Positions 1 through 9,407 of a DNA stretch of 39,891 bases are shown one piece after another; within the stretch, counting starts at the first letter, position 1; each line of letters opens with the position of its first letter. Location of the stretch: assembly GCA_036507075.1 (NCBI GenBank), contig DASXQR010000024.1:1-39891 (forward strand), written 5' to 3'. Source of the DNA: Acidobacteriota bacterium (GTDB taxonomy: Bacteria > Acidobacteriota > UBA6911 > JACQSX01). The notes below the pieces were generated by a model. That model had not been told where the DNA came from. It worked only from the letters and a program-made list of their open reading frames with translations, and searched no databases. Position numbers and translations under genes: made by a program.

Positions 1-32
1 GGGCGGGCTTTATCTTATGACAGAGCCGCAAT

Positions 33-98
33 TCCCACGGCTGCGCTTCGCTGCGCCGTGGGCTACAGGCTGGCGCCCGCCAAAAGGCGGCGGGCTGG
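33..98. repeat. Right arm of a three-hairpin REP/REPIN-like element (left part lies outside the window)
   Basis: CCCACGG-ctgcgcttcgctgcg-CCGTGGG-ctaca followed by gcccgcc-aaaa-ggcggcgggc. Closely resembles the right arm at 30022-30085 (ccccggcctccgcttcgctgcggccggggctaca). Confidence 0.75.
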
Positions 99-248
99 TG
101 ATCCACGGCTATTTAACTAATCGCCTTCTCGCAATCCCAAGAACTAATTTGGACAGGCGTCACGTTGACGTAATCGGCTTTTATCGTTTCTGAAAAATCT
201 TGTCGAAAAAACAAGAAGTTGCCAACTTGTTACACAAAGGGCACAAAG

Positions 249-890
249 TCACGACCGCGCCTTCAAATCCTTCAATTCGATCTCAAGCTGCTCTACGGTG
301 CGCTCGAGCCGGGCGACCCTTTCCTCGAGAATGACCACGGACTCATTTTGCGCAGACGAGACGGGTTGATCAGCCGGCTCAGTGGAGCAGGAGGCGCTCC
401 AGCGCGTTTCTTTCTGGCCAGGCCTCCGCCCCAGGTTCCGCGCCAGCGGTTCAGGATGGGATGCGAGCTCCACCAGCGTGGCTTGGACTTCTTCGACCGA
501 CGCGAAAGCATGCATTCGATCGCTGCGAGAGCGAAGCTCTCCCGGGGTTTGGGGCCCGCGCAGCAATAGAAGCGTCAGCAAAGCCTGTGTGCGCGGGTTC
601 AGCTTCCACACAAGATCTGCACGGTGTTTCCAGTGATCGGCGCGCGCGCCACCGGCCCGCGCGACGAGGTTTTCCGTGTCGAGACTGTCGAGAGCCTTTT
701 GAACCTGCTCTTCATTAAGATCCATCACGGGATCCCGATTGGTCTTCTGATTGCAAGCCATTCGTATCGCATTCAGTGTCATCGGGTAATATTCCGGCGT
801 GGTCTGCTCCTTTTCCATCAGAACACCGAGAACACGCACTTCTATCGGATCCAAATCAGCCAGGGGACGCATTATCTCTTCACTTTTCAA
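249..890 (-). CDS. yceH: YceH/DUF480 (UPF0502) family protein
   Basis: Motifs EVRVLGVLMEKEQTTPEYYPMTLNA, ACNQKTNRDPVM, LLLRGPQTPGELR and RRPGQKETRW, plus a C-terminal coiled coil. The start could instead be ATG 872. Confidence 0.9.
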   Translation of the reverse strand: MKSEEIMRPLADLDPIEVRVLGVLMEKEQTTPEYYPMTLNAIRMACNQKTNRDPVMDLNEEQVQKALDSLDTENLVARAGGARADHWKHRADLVWKLNPRTQALLTLLLLRGPQTPGELRSRSDRMHAFASVEEVQATLVELASHPEPLARNLGRRPGQKETRWSASCSTEPADQPVSSAQNESVVILEERVARLERTVEQLEIELKDLKARS

Positions 891-897
891 TTGTCAA

Positions 898-985
898 AAT
901 TTACCGCCAAGGCGCGAAGCTACAAAGCAGTTTGAAGTTTTTTGCCGATCTTTTTTGTGTCCTTCGTGTCTTCGTGGTTAATTTC
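898..985. repeat. Degenerate 9-mer-periodic inverted repeat between divergent genes
   Basis: ttaccgccaaggcgcgaagctacaaag ... tttgtgtccttcgtgtcttcgtggttaa. Confidence 0.6.
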
Positions 986-991
986 AAGTTG

Positions 992-1825
992 ATGCGCGAC
1001 ATCTCTCCACCGCCGGTAATCGCCAGGACCCGTGCCTCATTGCGCCTGGCGCTGATCACCGCAGTCGTCCTCGTGTCCGCTGCCGCAATACCTCCGCAGC
1101 CGGTCACAATCAACGTGCAGGCCTCACCGGTCCAACCGAGCTGGGAAGGAATCGCAGCCGGCCTCGCATACGTTCCCAGCGTCGCCGTCACTGCCCGGGG
1201 CAGCGTCCCTGTCCACGTTATGAGAGTCGACCTGAATCAGGTAGCTCTGAAACCTCTCATGTCACCCCACTTCTCGAGTGCGCTCCGCGTGGAGGACTTT
1301 GCCAGCCGAACGCCCGGCGCTCTGGCGATCTTCAACGGCAGCTTCTTCGACGAATCCGATCAGGGAAGAGAAATCCCCAAAGGAATTGTTGTATCCGAAG
1401 GAAAAGTTCATCAAAACCTGCTCCGCTCGGAGCCGTGGGCAGTGTTCTTTATCAATCGACAGGGCGCTCATATCGTTTCTCCCCGCACTTATCGCCATTC
1501 TGTTAATACTCAATTCGCCCTCCAGGGATTCCCGCGCCTGGTGGAACAGCGTCGCGTCCTCCGATTCAAACCTCAGCTCTCGCAGCGCACCGCCCTCGGC
1601 ATCCTGGGGCCAAAGACCCTACTGGTGCTGGTCACGCGCGATGGCGCGTCGCTTTCTCTGCAGGAACTGGCTCAGACACTCCGCGAGCGCGGCTGCCAGT
1701 CCGCCCTGAACCTGGACGGCGGCTCATCGACCCAACTGTGGCTGAGAAAACCAGGGTCATCGCCTTTGATCGAACACGGCTCCAACCGCGTTCCGGTAGC
1801 CATCGGAGTTTTTCCGCGCCGGTAA
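992..1825 (+). CDS. Secreted phosphodiester glycosidase (NAGPA-domain) family protein
   Basis: Signal-like hydrophobic stretch; motifs AIFNGSFFD, QRTALGI and ALNLDGGSSTQL. ATG 992 is in frame with the 776..1825 ORF, whose upstream extension runs through the neighbouring gene and a repeat. Confidence 0.85.
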   Translation: MRDISPPPVIARTRASLRLALITAVVLVSAAAIPPQPVTINVQASPVQPSWEGIAAGLAYVPSVAVTARGSVPVHVMRVDLNQVALKPLMSPHFSSALRVEDFASRTPGALAIFNGSFFDESDQGREIPKGIVVSEGKVHQNLLRSEPWAVFFINRQGAHIVSPRTYRHSVNTQFALQGFPRLVEQRRVLRFKPQLSQRTALGILGPKTLLVLVTRDGASLSLQELAQTLRERGCQSALNLDGGSSTQLWLRKPGSSPLIEHGSNRVPVAIGVFPRR

Positions 1826-1836
1826 CCGCGCCTTCA

Positions 1837-1942
1837 AATGCGGATTTCGGAATGCGGAATGCGGAATAGGTTTGATTTTGATCTAGGATTAGGAAACTTA
1901 AGTTGAATATATTCCGCATTCCGCATTCCGCATTCCGCATTT
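1837..1942 (-). repeat. Heptamer (GAATGCG/CGCATTC) inverted tandem array, copy 1
   Basis: Inward-pairing heptamer runs around an AT-rich spacer of about 43 bp, between convergent genes. Confidence 0.9.
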
Positions 1943-1962
1943 TCGCTGTCGCGGCCAAAAAC

Positions 1963-3369
1963 CTATTTCCCGATCGTCTTTTTGAGATCGGCCAGCGTCA
2001 CCAGCCGCCCGTGCAGCGGCGCGATCTGATCTACGGCGAGGTTAAGACGCTCGATGTTTTCGTAGAGATTCACCGCGGCCGGACTGGGGGTGGCCGGAGG
2101 CGGGGCATTTGGCGCCAGGGGCGTGTAGACATCCACTTCCACCAGCAGCTTCTCTTTTGGCAGCCAGGCCATCAGGATTCCCTCGTTGTGAGAATTCCCC
2201 TGGATGTGATGGATCTCCAGCGTGCGTGTCTTGTCAGACAGCACGTGCTTTGCGCCGACTGTGACGATCTTAGGGTTTTTCCTTGCGCGCGACTGCCGAT
2301 CCGGGGCGATCGTGTGCGGTGCCTTGAAGGTTTTCTGATAGAAGGGTTTGTTGATCTGGTGAGTGACGATCGTCGCGCCTTCGGCCACGTACGTGCGCAG
2401 GCCGCCGGAATGATCGAAGTGATGGTGCGTGTTGATCAGGTAGCGAATCGGTTTCCCCGGGATCAGCTTCTTCACTTCGGCGATCACTGCGATGGAACGC
2501 TCTTCATTCTGCGGCGCTTCAATCACCGCCACGTGATCGGCAAATTCCACCGCCACGCTGTGATGGGATCCGCCCGTCAGATACCACACGCCGTCGGCCA
2601 GCTTTTGCGACGCCACGCTTACGGGAGGGGTCGCGGCCTGGCGCACCGAGTCTGGAATAGTAACGTCAAGAGGAACATTGGCCTGCGCGGCCGTCACTGT
2701 GAATTCGAACACCGGAAAGCCGCCCTGCTTCTGTACCATTTTGGCAGGGAACCGGAAGCCGCCAAAATCGCGGTAGTCCGAGTAGATCGTCTCCACTCGC
2801 ATGTCGCCCAGTACAGGATTGTCGAGCGCGGATTCGACCTTCTCGACCAGATGATCGGCGGAGATTGTGCCGGTGACTCGGTAGTTGCCCGGCGCGGTAA
2901 ATGTTACCAGTGTGACTTTGCCGCGTTTGACCCTGGCATTGTTTGCCAGAGCTCCTTTTAGAAAACCGTGCGGCGTAAGCCAAATCTGCAACTGCCGGTC
3001 GGCTGTGGCGGCCGGCGAAGCGGGGGTGATATTGGAGCCGGACTGGCCCCAGGCTTTGCCGCCGGCCAGGAACTGCATCGCCACGGGACCCTGCACACCT
3101 GCCGCTTCAGTGCGCATCGCTTGCCTTTCGTAATCCACTGTTCGGGTAAAGCTCTTGATCTCAACGCGCGGCCATGCCGAGGGAGGGCTCACATTCTGCC
3201 CCAGCGTGAAAACAGCACCGCTGCCGGCGTATTGGATCGATCTGACGTCGCCCAGGTTCTTCAGCGTTGTTTCCAGGATGCCCTTAGCATCTTGCGTCGC
3301 GGCAGCGAAGATAACGCATGTGAATACTACGGCGATGAGAATCTTTCCCCGCATGATTTGTTTGTGCAT
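1963..3369 (-). CDS. Secreted MBL-fold metallo-hydrolase
   Basis: Signal peptide, INTHHHFDHSGG metal motif, C-terminal PLHG, GGAGG RBS upstream. Confidence 0.9.
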   Translation of the reverse strand: MHKQIMRGKILIAVVFTCVIFAAATQDAKGILETTLKNLGDVRSIQYAGSGAVFTLGQNVSPPSAWPRVEIKSFTRTVDYERQAMRTEAAGVQGPVAMQFLAGGKAWGQSGSNITPASPAATADRQLQIWLTPHGFLKGALANNARVKRGKVTLVTFTAPGNYRVTGTISADHLVEKVESALDNPVLGDMRVETIYSDYRDFGGFRFPAKMVQKQGGFPVFEFTVTAAQANVPLDVTIPDSVRQAATPPVSVASQKLADGVWYLTGGSHHSVAVEFADHVAVIEAPQNEERSIAVIAEVKKLIPGKPIRYLINTHHHFDHSGGLRTYVAEGATIVTHQINKPFYQKTFKAPHTIAPDRQSRARKNPKIVTVGAKHVLSDKTRTLEIHHIQGNSHNEGILMAWLPKEKLLVEVDVYTPLAPNAPPPATPSPAAVNLYENIERLNLAVDQIAPLHGRLVTLADLKKTIGK

Positions 3370-3494
3370 TTGTCAACCTCCTGAAGGTTCAATCTTGCAT
3401 ACGCGCCGCGAAGGCATGAGAGTCATTTTGTCCGGAGATTAGAGCGGGTGAAAGTCTACAACGTCAAACGCGCAAGAGCAAAGGGGCTATGCCA

Positions 3495-3520
3495 TCAGAG
3501 CCGCGTGCGGAAGCAAGCGG
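3495..3520 (+). repeat. Single REP-like unit (AGAGCCGCG...GCAAGCGG type)
   Basis: tcagagccgcgtgcggaagcaagcgg, a short GC hairpin in an intergenic gap; no partner arm seen. Confidence 0.35.
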
Positions 3521-3570
3521 CGGGGAAGGCGACACTGTTCGTTAATGCCAGGTAGAAACACTTGCCAAAC

Positions 3571-5739
3571 TCACGGCACAATCTGAAAGTCAATCCACTG
3601 GTTCGCCATATTGTGTTTGTGGGCCAGTTTATCCGTGACCACAACCTGCAGCACGTAATCTCCAGGAATGAGATCCTGTCCAAGCGTGAGGGCTCCGACA
3701 GCTGGAAAGCGCCGCATATCCTGCCCGGTTTTTGATTCAAAAACCGCCACCTTTCCGGTAAAGACAGGGCGGCCGTCCCGATACAGCAAGCTCTGCATTT
3801 CGACCTGCGGTTTCCCGGTTTTGGTGTCGGTCTTTGCGTTGTAAATGAAAACCCCGTACTGCATCACCAAGCCTCGCTTGAATCGACGCACCGCCGGGGT
3901 TGCCTGCGGGTCTTTCGATTCCGGCGGCGCCTCTCCTTTGGCCGATTTCTCCGCCGCTATCGCCTCGGATGGAACACCCTGGGTCCGCTCCATATGTTGC
4001 TTCCACTCCTCCCGGGTGAAACCGCTGGCGACAATACCGGACAATGCCAGTTTCCCTTTGTTCACGTCCGGGACATGGACGAACTGCCGCGCCGATCCAA
4101 TCTTTTGCGACGAAGCATCGCGCACGGCGGCCCGAAGCTGATAAGCGCCCCCCTTCTTTAGCCGAAGATCCATAGTGTAGACAAAACCCTGCTTGCGCAC
4201 GCGCTGCAAATCATTTTCGTCGACGCTGATCGTATAGCTGCGGCTGAACTGACCCACCACGGCATCCTGATCTCCGAAGGCAACGGCGAGGATATCCATC
4301 TTCGCCTTACTTTTTCCGTCGTTTTCCTTGACGAATGTCAGGTCCAGCGCGTCGATGTAAAGCAGCGAGCGCAGGAATGATCCGGCTTGGGCTGAATTTG
4401 CGAAGAGCGAAGTCAGGCGCAACTGGATATCACCCATGCCGAACGGAGAGGTAAGCGCGTCAACCATCCGTACTTCAGGCGCTCGCGCTCGTGGCGCACG
4501 TTGCGCGTCTTCGATGCCGTAAAAGCCCTTGCGAGATCGAACAGTCAATTCGCTTCGTTTCACCTGCACCGTTATTTGATGGAACTTTGCGTTGCCGCGA
4601 TCGCGCGCGAAGGTTTCAGGCGCCGGCGTGTAACCAAGCAGATAATAGCCGTCTTGATCTTCCATCGCCCGGCGAACACCAGCGGCAAGGTCGTTATTGT
4701 CATGAAAAAACAAGCCGCCTGTTTCGCGCGATAAGTAATCGAGTCCGGACTGGGATTGAAAATAGCGCGAGCGAAGGGAGGAAAGGAGCGCGGGCAACTG
4801 GTCAGGGCTGTAGCCGGAGAGATTATCCGCCGCCGTGAATCCCAGAACCGGCAACCCGCGGGGGTCGATGGCATAAAACAGCACCGAAGCGCGGTTGGCG
4901 AAATCGGCCAGGCGGCGCAGTCCGTCAAGAACGCGTGAGCCTTCTCCCGACCCCGGGTCAATATTAAAACCCTCTGAAAACAGCACCACCGACTTGCGCC
5001 CGGGAAGCTCACTAAGGCCGCGGACAATATGACTGAGAGACCCCAGCGTGCCGATCGAATAGACCTGCGTGCGGAACTCTTCATCAACTGCTTCGCCGGA
5101 TTCCGCCGCGCCTGAGATTGAGGGGAATGAACTGATGCCGGCGCGGCTGAAAGGAGACCAGCGCACGCGGTCAACTGACGCCAGGAGCTGGCTCCGATCG
5201 AAGGTGAACTGCTGCAGCGTTCCGATCCCTCCGCTGGTCCGGATGATTGCCGCCAGATCTCCCGCTTGCATTTGTTCGCGCACGAATTTCTTAAGCGCAT
5301 CACGCACAAAGGCGACACTCTCAAACGACAGACCAAGATCATCGATCACCAGCGCGATAGTTCGCTGAACCTGAGTTGGGAGCAGTTGAAGAGTGGGGGT
5401 AGGAACAGGAATTCCCCGAGCCAAGGGCGTCTGGACGGGCGGAGCCGAACTACTTGAGATTCTGACGTAAGAAAAATTCGTGATCTTCTGGGGCTTGCCG
5501 TCTTCCAGGACTTCGAAATCATTCGCTGTCAAATCGGTCACATACCGTCCCTTTTTGTCCGTAACGACGGCATCTACCTGTACTACCTCGACCGATATCC
5601 GAACCACCTTGCCGGCCGCCGGCACAGGTGCTTGGCTCTGTGTGGTGGTACCAGAAGTACTCTGGGCCGATGGCGTAATCGCGGCTAACAGGATCAAGAT
5701 GAATGCAACCACGCTTAATCGGAAGGGTTGACTGCGCAT
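3571..5739 (-). CDS. Acidobacteria-type VWA domain-containing protein
   Basis: VVQVDAVVTDKKGRYVTDLTANDFEVLEDGKPQKI, LPGRKSVVLFSEGF, ETGG, YYLLGY and VRSRKGFY; signal peptide. Confidence 0.92.
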   Translation of the reverse strand: MRSQPFRLSVVAFILILLAAITPSAQSTSGTTTQSQAPVPAAGKVVRISVEVVQVDAVVTDKKGRYVTDLTANDFEVLEDGKPQKITNFSYVRISSSSAPPVQTPLARGIPVPTPTLQLLPTQVQRTIALVIDDLGLSFESVAFVRDALKKFVREQMQAGDLAAIIRTSGGIGTLQQFTFDRSQLLASVDRVRWSPFSRAGISSFPSISGAAESGEAVDEEFRTQVYSIGTLGSLSHIVRGLSELPGRKSVVLFSEGFNIDPGSGEGSRVLDGLRRLADFANRASVLFYAIDPRGLPVLGFTAADNLSGYSPDQLPALLSSLRSRYFQSQSGLDYLSRETGGLFFHDNNDLAAGVRRAMEDQDGYYLLGYTPAPETFARDRGNAKFHQITVQVKRSELTVRSRKGFYGIEDAQRAPRARAPEVRMVDALTSPFGMGDIQLRLTSLFANSAQAGSFLRSLLYIDALDLTFVKENDGKSKAKMDILAVAFGDQDAVVGQFSRSYTISVDENDLQRVRKQGFVYTMDLRLKKGGAYQLRAAVRDASSQKIGSARQFVHVPDVNKGKLALSGIVASGFTREEWKQHMERTQGVPSEAIAAEKSAKGEAPPESKDPQATPAVRRFKRGLVMQYGVFIYNAKTDTKTGKPQVEMQSLLYRDGRPVFTGKVAVFESKTGQDMRRFPAVGALTLGQDLIPGDYVLQVVVTDKLAHKHNMANQWIDFQIVP

Positions 5740-5857
5740 AAGATCATGTCGAGCCGTAAGCTTCGGAGAGAGTCACGAAGACACAATGGCCCAAGGTTAA
5801 TTATAGGTTGGCTCCGAGATTATTAATTGGTCAAGAAACGGGTGTGTTGTTCGTCCT

Positions 5858-6410
5858 TCTCAGGCCGCTTGTAGCGGCCTTTCCCGAAGGGTTCCAGCCC
5901 CGGCCTTCCCAGGCTGGGGAATAAGGTCGCCTCCAGCCGTGCCTGAAGGCCGGTTCACCGGCCTTCCCAACGCCGGCTTTAGCCAACCAAACATTTTTTC
6001 GCAGATTTCTTCACTGGGCAGTTATGTCTCATTGGAGATAGTCGTGGCCCGCAGAGCCTATGCAGAGATTCTTCTTCACCTAACCTGGCATACCGAGCAG
6101 AATGCTCACGACATGCCGAGGCCGTGGAGCCGAAGCTAACCGCAGTACCGCATCCGTAAGGTTGCGGCGAGCCAGAGTGGCGGGTGTGGAGATGGGAGCA
6201 GCGCGACATATGACTCGACAAGCCGTCGCGCCGCGACGGATTGCGGTGATGAGCGCTGCTCTGCAGCGCGTGGCCGTCCTTAAGGCCGGCGGGAGCCGAA
6301 AAAAGGCCGTTAAAACGGCTTGGGATAATTTTAGGTCACGCTTGCCCCCCCGGCCTGGAAAGGCCGGGGCTGAAACCCTTCGGGGAAAGACCGCTGGAAG
6401 CGGTCTCAGA
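5858..6410. mobile_element. REP-doublet-flanked decayed IS200-like/RAYT element
   Basis: Imperfect inverted arms of about 65 bp (5858-5925 vs 6341-6410), each made of GC hairpins, plus an inner hairpin pair (5945-5965 / 6301-6321) enclosing a tnpA-like remnant. Confidence 0.65.
6044..6139 (+). pseudogene. tnpA: N-terminal remnant of an IS200-like Y1 (HUH) transposase
   Basis: GGAG RBS, then GTG-ARRAYAEILLHLTWHTEQN, resembling the Y..I.LH.TWHTK N-terminus of IS200-like TnpA. EAVEPKL follows in a shifted frame. No HUH motif or catalytic Tyr is recognisable. Confidence 0.55.
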
Positions 6411-6522
6411 GGTGCGCATACTCTTACGGATGACGATGGCAGATTTGCAGACACTGTGTTACGCGCACAGTCGAATTGCGGCCAACCAACCCTACCACTA
6501 TCGATTCATCTGTTACAGTCCA

Positions 6523-7680
6523 CTAGTTCTCGCCCAGGATAATGGTGTTGAATCGGAATGGGAGAGTGGCATAGACAGGAACCCCTTCTTTTCCGCGGCG
6601 GATCGGAAGTGCGTGTATGGCGCGCAGTTTTGATTCAAAATCCGGCATTTCCGGTCCATTCCATCGTTCCAGATCCACCACCTGCCCTTTGTGATCAAAG
6701 AAGAATCTATAGCTCACCATCAGCGGTTTTTGGATTTTGGGAGGCAGCGGCTTTCCAAACGCGTGCTCCAGATCATTTCTGGTGAGATCCTTGGACAGCT
6801 CTGAAGATTTGAAAGCCACGCCGTTTGGGATCAGTCCCAGGGTCCCCGCGGCAGCCAGGTCATAAAAGATGCGATGTTTGTGGAATACAAACGGTCCGGA
6901 GAGCCGAATGTCCGCGGCGCCGAGGCTTTCAAGATGTTGTAATGAGTGCTGCAGGACTTTCCAGGAGATGGCGTAGTCGGGATCAATGGCAATGGCGCCC
7001 GGCCGGCCTCCAACCCTTTCAGACAGTTCGTTTTTCTGCAACCGGCGTCCTTGTTCAGCAAACCGTCCTTTCTGATCGAGTGCCAGACGAAGTTTGATCG
7101 GCGCCGGATTTCTCTGCAGCCAGACAATTGTCTTGACCGGAAGGGGAACGCCGTCTTCATAAGTCGGGGCATAGCGCCATTGCTTCACGGCCTGCAGTGC
7201 GGCGCGCTCGGGCGCGTTGGGATAAGCCTTAAATGACGGCGTGCTGTTCCTTCCCCGCCAGGAGCTGTAGTCGATCACTCGCGCGTCCCAAACTTCTCCT
7301 TCTTCATTAATGATGAGCGCAACCGGGATTGTGGAACCAATTAGGACATCTTTCTTCTCAACCTGCGTGCCTTCGGCGGCTGCATGAAAACTCTGCGGGT
7401 ACGTCGGTTCCACCCGGTGCAACAGCTTCTTTTCCATTTCATCCGGCGCCACCCACATCGGTTCCTGGCGCGGGCGGACGGGCGGCGGAGTTGTGACGGC
7501 TGACCTGCCGGAATTTCGTTGACCGCCCGCAGCCGTTGCAAGCTCGACCGACGAATAGACACATAAGAAAGCAGCACAGCACGACGCCATCAGAAACCGC
7601 CGGACAGGGAATGACACAAGGACGAAAATAAACGAGCGTACTTTTTTGACGCAGGGGTTTGCTGCTTTGGCGGAGTACAT
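6523..7680 (-). CDS. TonB C-terminal domain protein with an ExbD/TolR-like periplasmic domain and a second degenerate TonB_C-like domain
   Basis: LLHRVEPTYP...IINEEGEVWDARV...AALQAVKQWRYAPTYEDGVP (TonB_C); LALDQKG...IAIDPDYAISWKVLQHSLQHLESLGAADIRL (ExbD-like); FFFDHKGQVVD...PVYATLPFRF. Start codon uncertain. Confidence 0.75.
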   Translation of the reverse strand: MYSAKAANPCVKKVRSFIFVLVSFPVRRFLMASCCAAFLCVYSSVELATAAGGQRNSGRSAVTTPPPVRPRQEPMWVAPDEMEKKLLHRVEPTYPQSFHAAAEGTQVEKKDVLIGSTIPVALIINEEGEVWDARVIDYSSWRGRNSTPSFKAYPNAPERAALQAVKQWRYAPTYEDGVPLPVKTIVWLQRNPAPIKLRLALDQKGRFAEQGRRLQKNELSERVGGRPGAIAIDPDYAISWKVLQHSLQHLESLGAADIRLSGPFVFHKHRIFYDLAAAGTLGLIPNGVAFKSSELSKDLTRNDLEHAFGKPLPPKIQKPLMVSYRFFFDHKGQVVDLERWNGPEMPDFESKLRAIHALPIRRGKEGVPVYATLPFRFNTIILGEN

Positions 7681-7757
7681 AATTGGCCTTTTGATGTGTC
7701 CATTCTATCCCGCCCTAAGGGTGTCAAAAATGTAACGTCCGTTACTCAATGCGGTAA

Positions 7758-8774
7758 TCAATCCCAATAGCCTTTTCGGTAACGCAACTCGAATTTCCCC
7801 AGCTTTTTAGCCAGGGAAATGCGCACCGGGTGGAAGGAAGCGGTAGGTGGTTCCGGTTTAAAGCCGATCGTGTAGCGTCTGGCCAGGACGTGGCGGAGCT
7901 CCTCGAATCCCTCGGCAACCGACCGGCCCTGCCAGCGGGCGTTCAATCGGTTGCGCAGCGAAATAGTTTTACCCCCCGTTCGCTGCACAAGATCACCGGC
8001 GCTTCGAGCCGCCGCGGGCAGCGGGACCTGCTTGCCGCCGATGGAGCGGAGTTTCATGGGGAAGGGCATCAGAGAGGCTGTCTTGATTTCGAAAACAGCA
8101 ATGTCCTCGGCCAGCAGCTTGCGCGAAAGCCGGTAGTCGGGAGTCTTTGACACGGTATCTATGTCGTCGCTGACGATTAAAATAATGCGACGATTCTCAG
8201 ATGCCGCCCCGGTAAACTCGGCTACAACGGTATCCAGCGCATCCAGAATGGCTGAGCCCCCGATCGGCTTTAATTCCGACAAACTCTGCATCACTGCGCG
8301 CCTGTCCGATTGGAATGACGACAAACGCAGCGGTGGGACGGTTGACACGTATAATGCTGCGGTATCTTGCGGCTTGAGCGATTCGATGAATCGTTCTGTC
8401 GCTCTTTTTATCTCAGGAAGAAACGGGGAAGTGCTTTGGCTGCAGTCGATCACCAAGGCGATCGCCAGTGGAAGTTCGTTCCTGCCGAAATAATCAATCT
8501 CGCGAGGCTCGCCGTCTACCAGCAGCCGGAAGTCGTCGCGCTGCAGAGCTCTTTCAGGATTGCCTTGAACAGATACATCGACTAGCACGCGCTCGACGCG
8601 TGCCCGATACGTTTGCAGCGCGTTGCCGGCGGTTTCCGAGTCCAAAAATTGAACCGCCAAGCACGCCAAGAGCGCCAAGCGAATGCGGATTGTGGAATGC
8701 GGAATGCGGAATGCGAATAGGGTAGACTGCCTCGGCTTCGAAGGTCTAAGTTGGATATATTCCGCATTCCGCAT
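7758..8774 (-). CDS. VWA domain-containing protein
   Basis: MIDAS-like DCSQS, GSAILDA, IILIVSDDID, TGG, YTIGF and RYRKGY. The N-terminus overlaps a heptamer repeat, so the start is uncertain. Confidence 0.88.
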   Translation of the reverse strand: MRNAEYIQLRPSKPRQSTLFAFRIPHSTIRIRLALLACLAVQFLDSETAGNALQTYRARVERVLVDVSVQGNPERALQRDDFRLLVDGEPREIDYFGRNELPLAIALVIDCSQSTSPFLPEIKRATERFIESLKPQDTAALYVSTVPPLRLSSFQSDRRAVMQSLSELKPIGGSAILDALDTVVAEFTGAASENRRIILIVSDDIDTVSKTPDYRLSRKLLAEDIAVFEIKTASLMPFPMKLRSIGGKQVPLPAAARSAGDLVQRTGGKTISLRNRLNARWQGRSVAEGFEELRHVLARRYTIGFKPEPPTASFHPVRISLAKKLGKFELRYRKGYWD

Positions 8775-8790
8775 TCCGACTTCCGCATTT
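8681..8790 (-). repeat. Heptamer inverted tandem array, copy 2 (overlaps the VWA 5' end)
   Basis: GAATGCG runs, a spacer of about 40 bp, then CGCATTC runs; spacer ends resemble those of copy 1. Confidence 0.9.
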
Positions 8791-8820
8791 CGGAGCAGCT
8801 TGGTTGCGGCTTATGGCCGG

Positions 8821-9285
8821 CTAGGATGAGGAGGTGTGATCGTGGATGATCTTCCACCCGTCATCGAAGCGACGGAAGATCAATGTAAACAGCCCTCCCG
8901 TGGTGCCCGACCGGCTGCGCAATTCCCATCGGCCCCGCACGAACGCGTCAGACGGTCCCATCGGCCGCGCATCGATTTCCAAAAACTGCAGTTGCCCCAT
9001 TTCACGGCCTTCGCTCTGATACCTTTTCCGGTATCGATCCAGGGTCGCGTCCCAGCCGCTCAACTTACTGGCTCCGGAAAAGAACGACAGCTCTGAAGAC
9101 CGCCAGTAGCCTTGCATGAATCCGTCCAGATCGCCTTTGTTCCAGGCTTCGACCTGCCGGTCCAGCACCTTACGAATCTCTATCACAGCTTTGGGGCTCG
9201 ATTCAGGGCCGGCAAGACTCTGCGGTCCGATGGCGCTGAAAAACCAAACAGTGATGATAAGGAGAACTTTTCCGGCTGATGTCAT
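8821..9285 (-). CDS. Secreted NTF2/SnoaL-like DUF4440 (YybH-like) protein
   Basis: QVEAWNKGDLDGFMQGYW, GLFTLIFRR and GWKIIHDHTS; GGAGG RBS before ATG 9285. Confidence 0.9.
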   Translation of the reverse strand: MTSAGKVLLIITVWFFSAIGPQSLAGPESSPKAVIEIRKVLDRQVEAWNKGDLDGFMQGYWRSSELSFFSGASKLSGWDATLDRYRKRYQSEGREMGQLQFLEIDARPMGPSDAFVRGRWELRSRSGTTGGLFTLIFRRFDDGWKIIHDHTSSS

Positions 9286-9407
9286 GAAACCCTCCACTAC
9301 AAAGATTCCTTGACCTGAGTTGCATCTAACGGCTTAGAATCCAAATTAATATCGTAGCCGACACTGCTGACACAAGGCCGCAGGAAAGTTACGCCCCGGA
9401 GGTTCCT

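Noticed and set aside
776..991. N-terminal extension of the 776..1825 ORF
   Set aside because: It overlaps yceH and a 9-mer repeat; ATG 992 gives a plausible signal peptide
1903..2961. Long antisense ORFs (also 18748..19677, 19994..21187, 28855..29670, 31415..32377)
   Set aside because: Shadow ORFs of GC-rich genes; the opposite strand has clear family motifs
3571..5739. Missing canonical DxSxS MIDAS in the large VWA protein
   Set aside because: As far as I know this is common in this Acidobacterial VWA family, so it is not evidence of novelty
5858..6410. Structured ncRNA or riboswitch
   Set aside because: No recognisable RNA-family motif; the mirror-image arms and the tnpA-like remnant fit a DNA element better
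7702..7727. TTGACA...TAGAAT promoter on the minus strand
   Set aside because: Spacing is only 14 nt; the -10 box alone may be real, but the pair is not canonical
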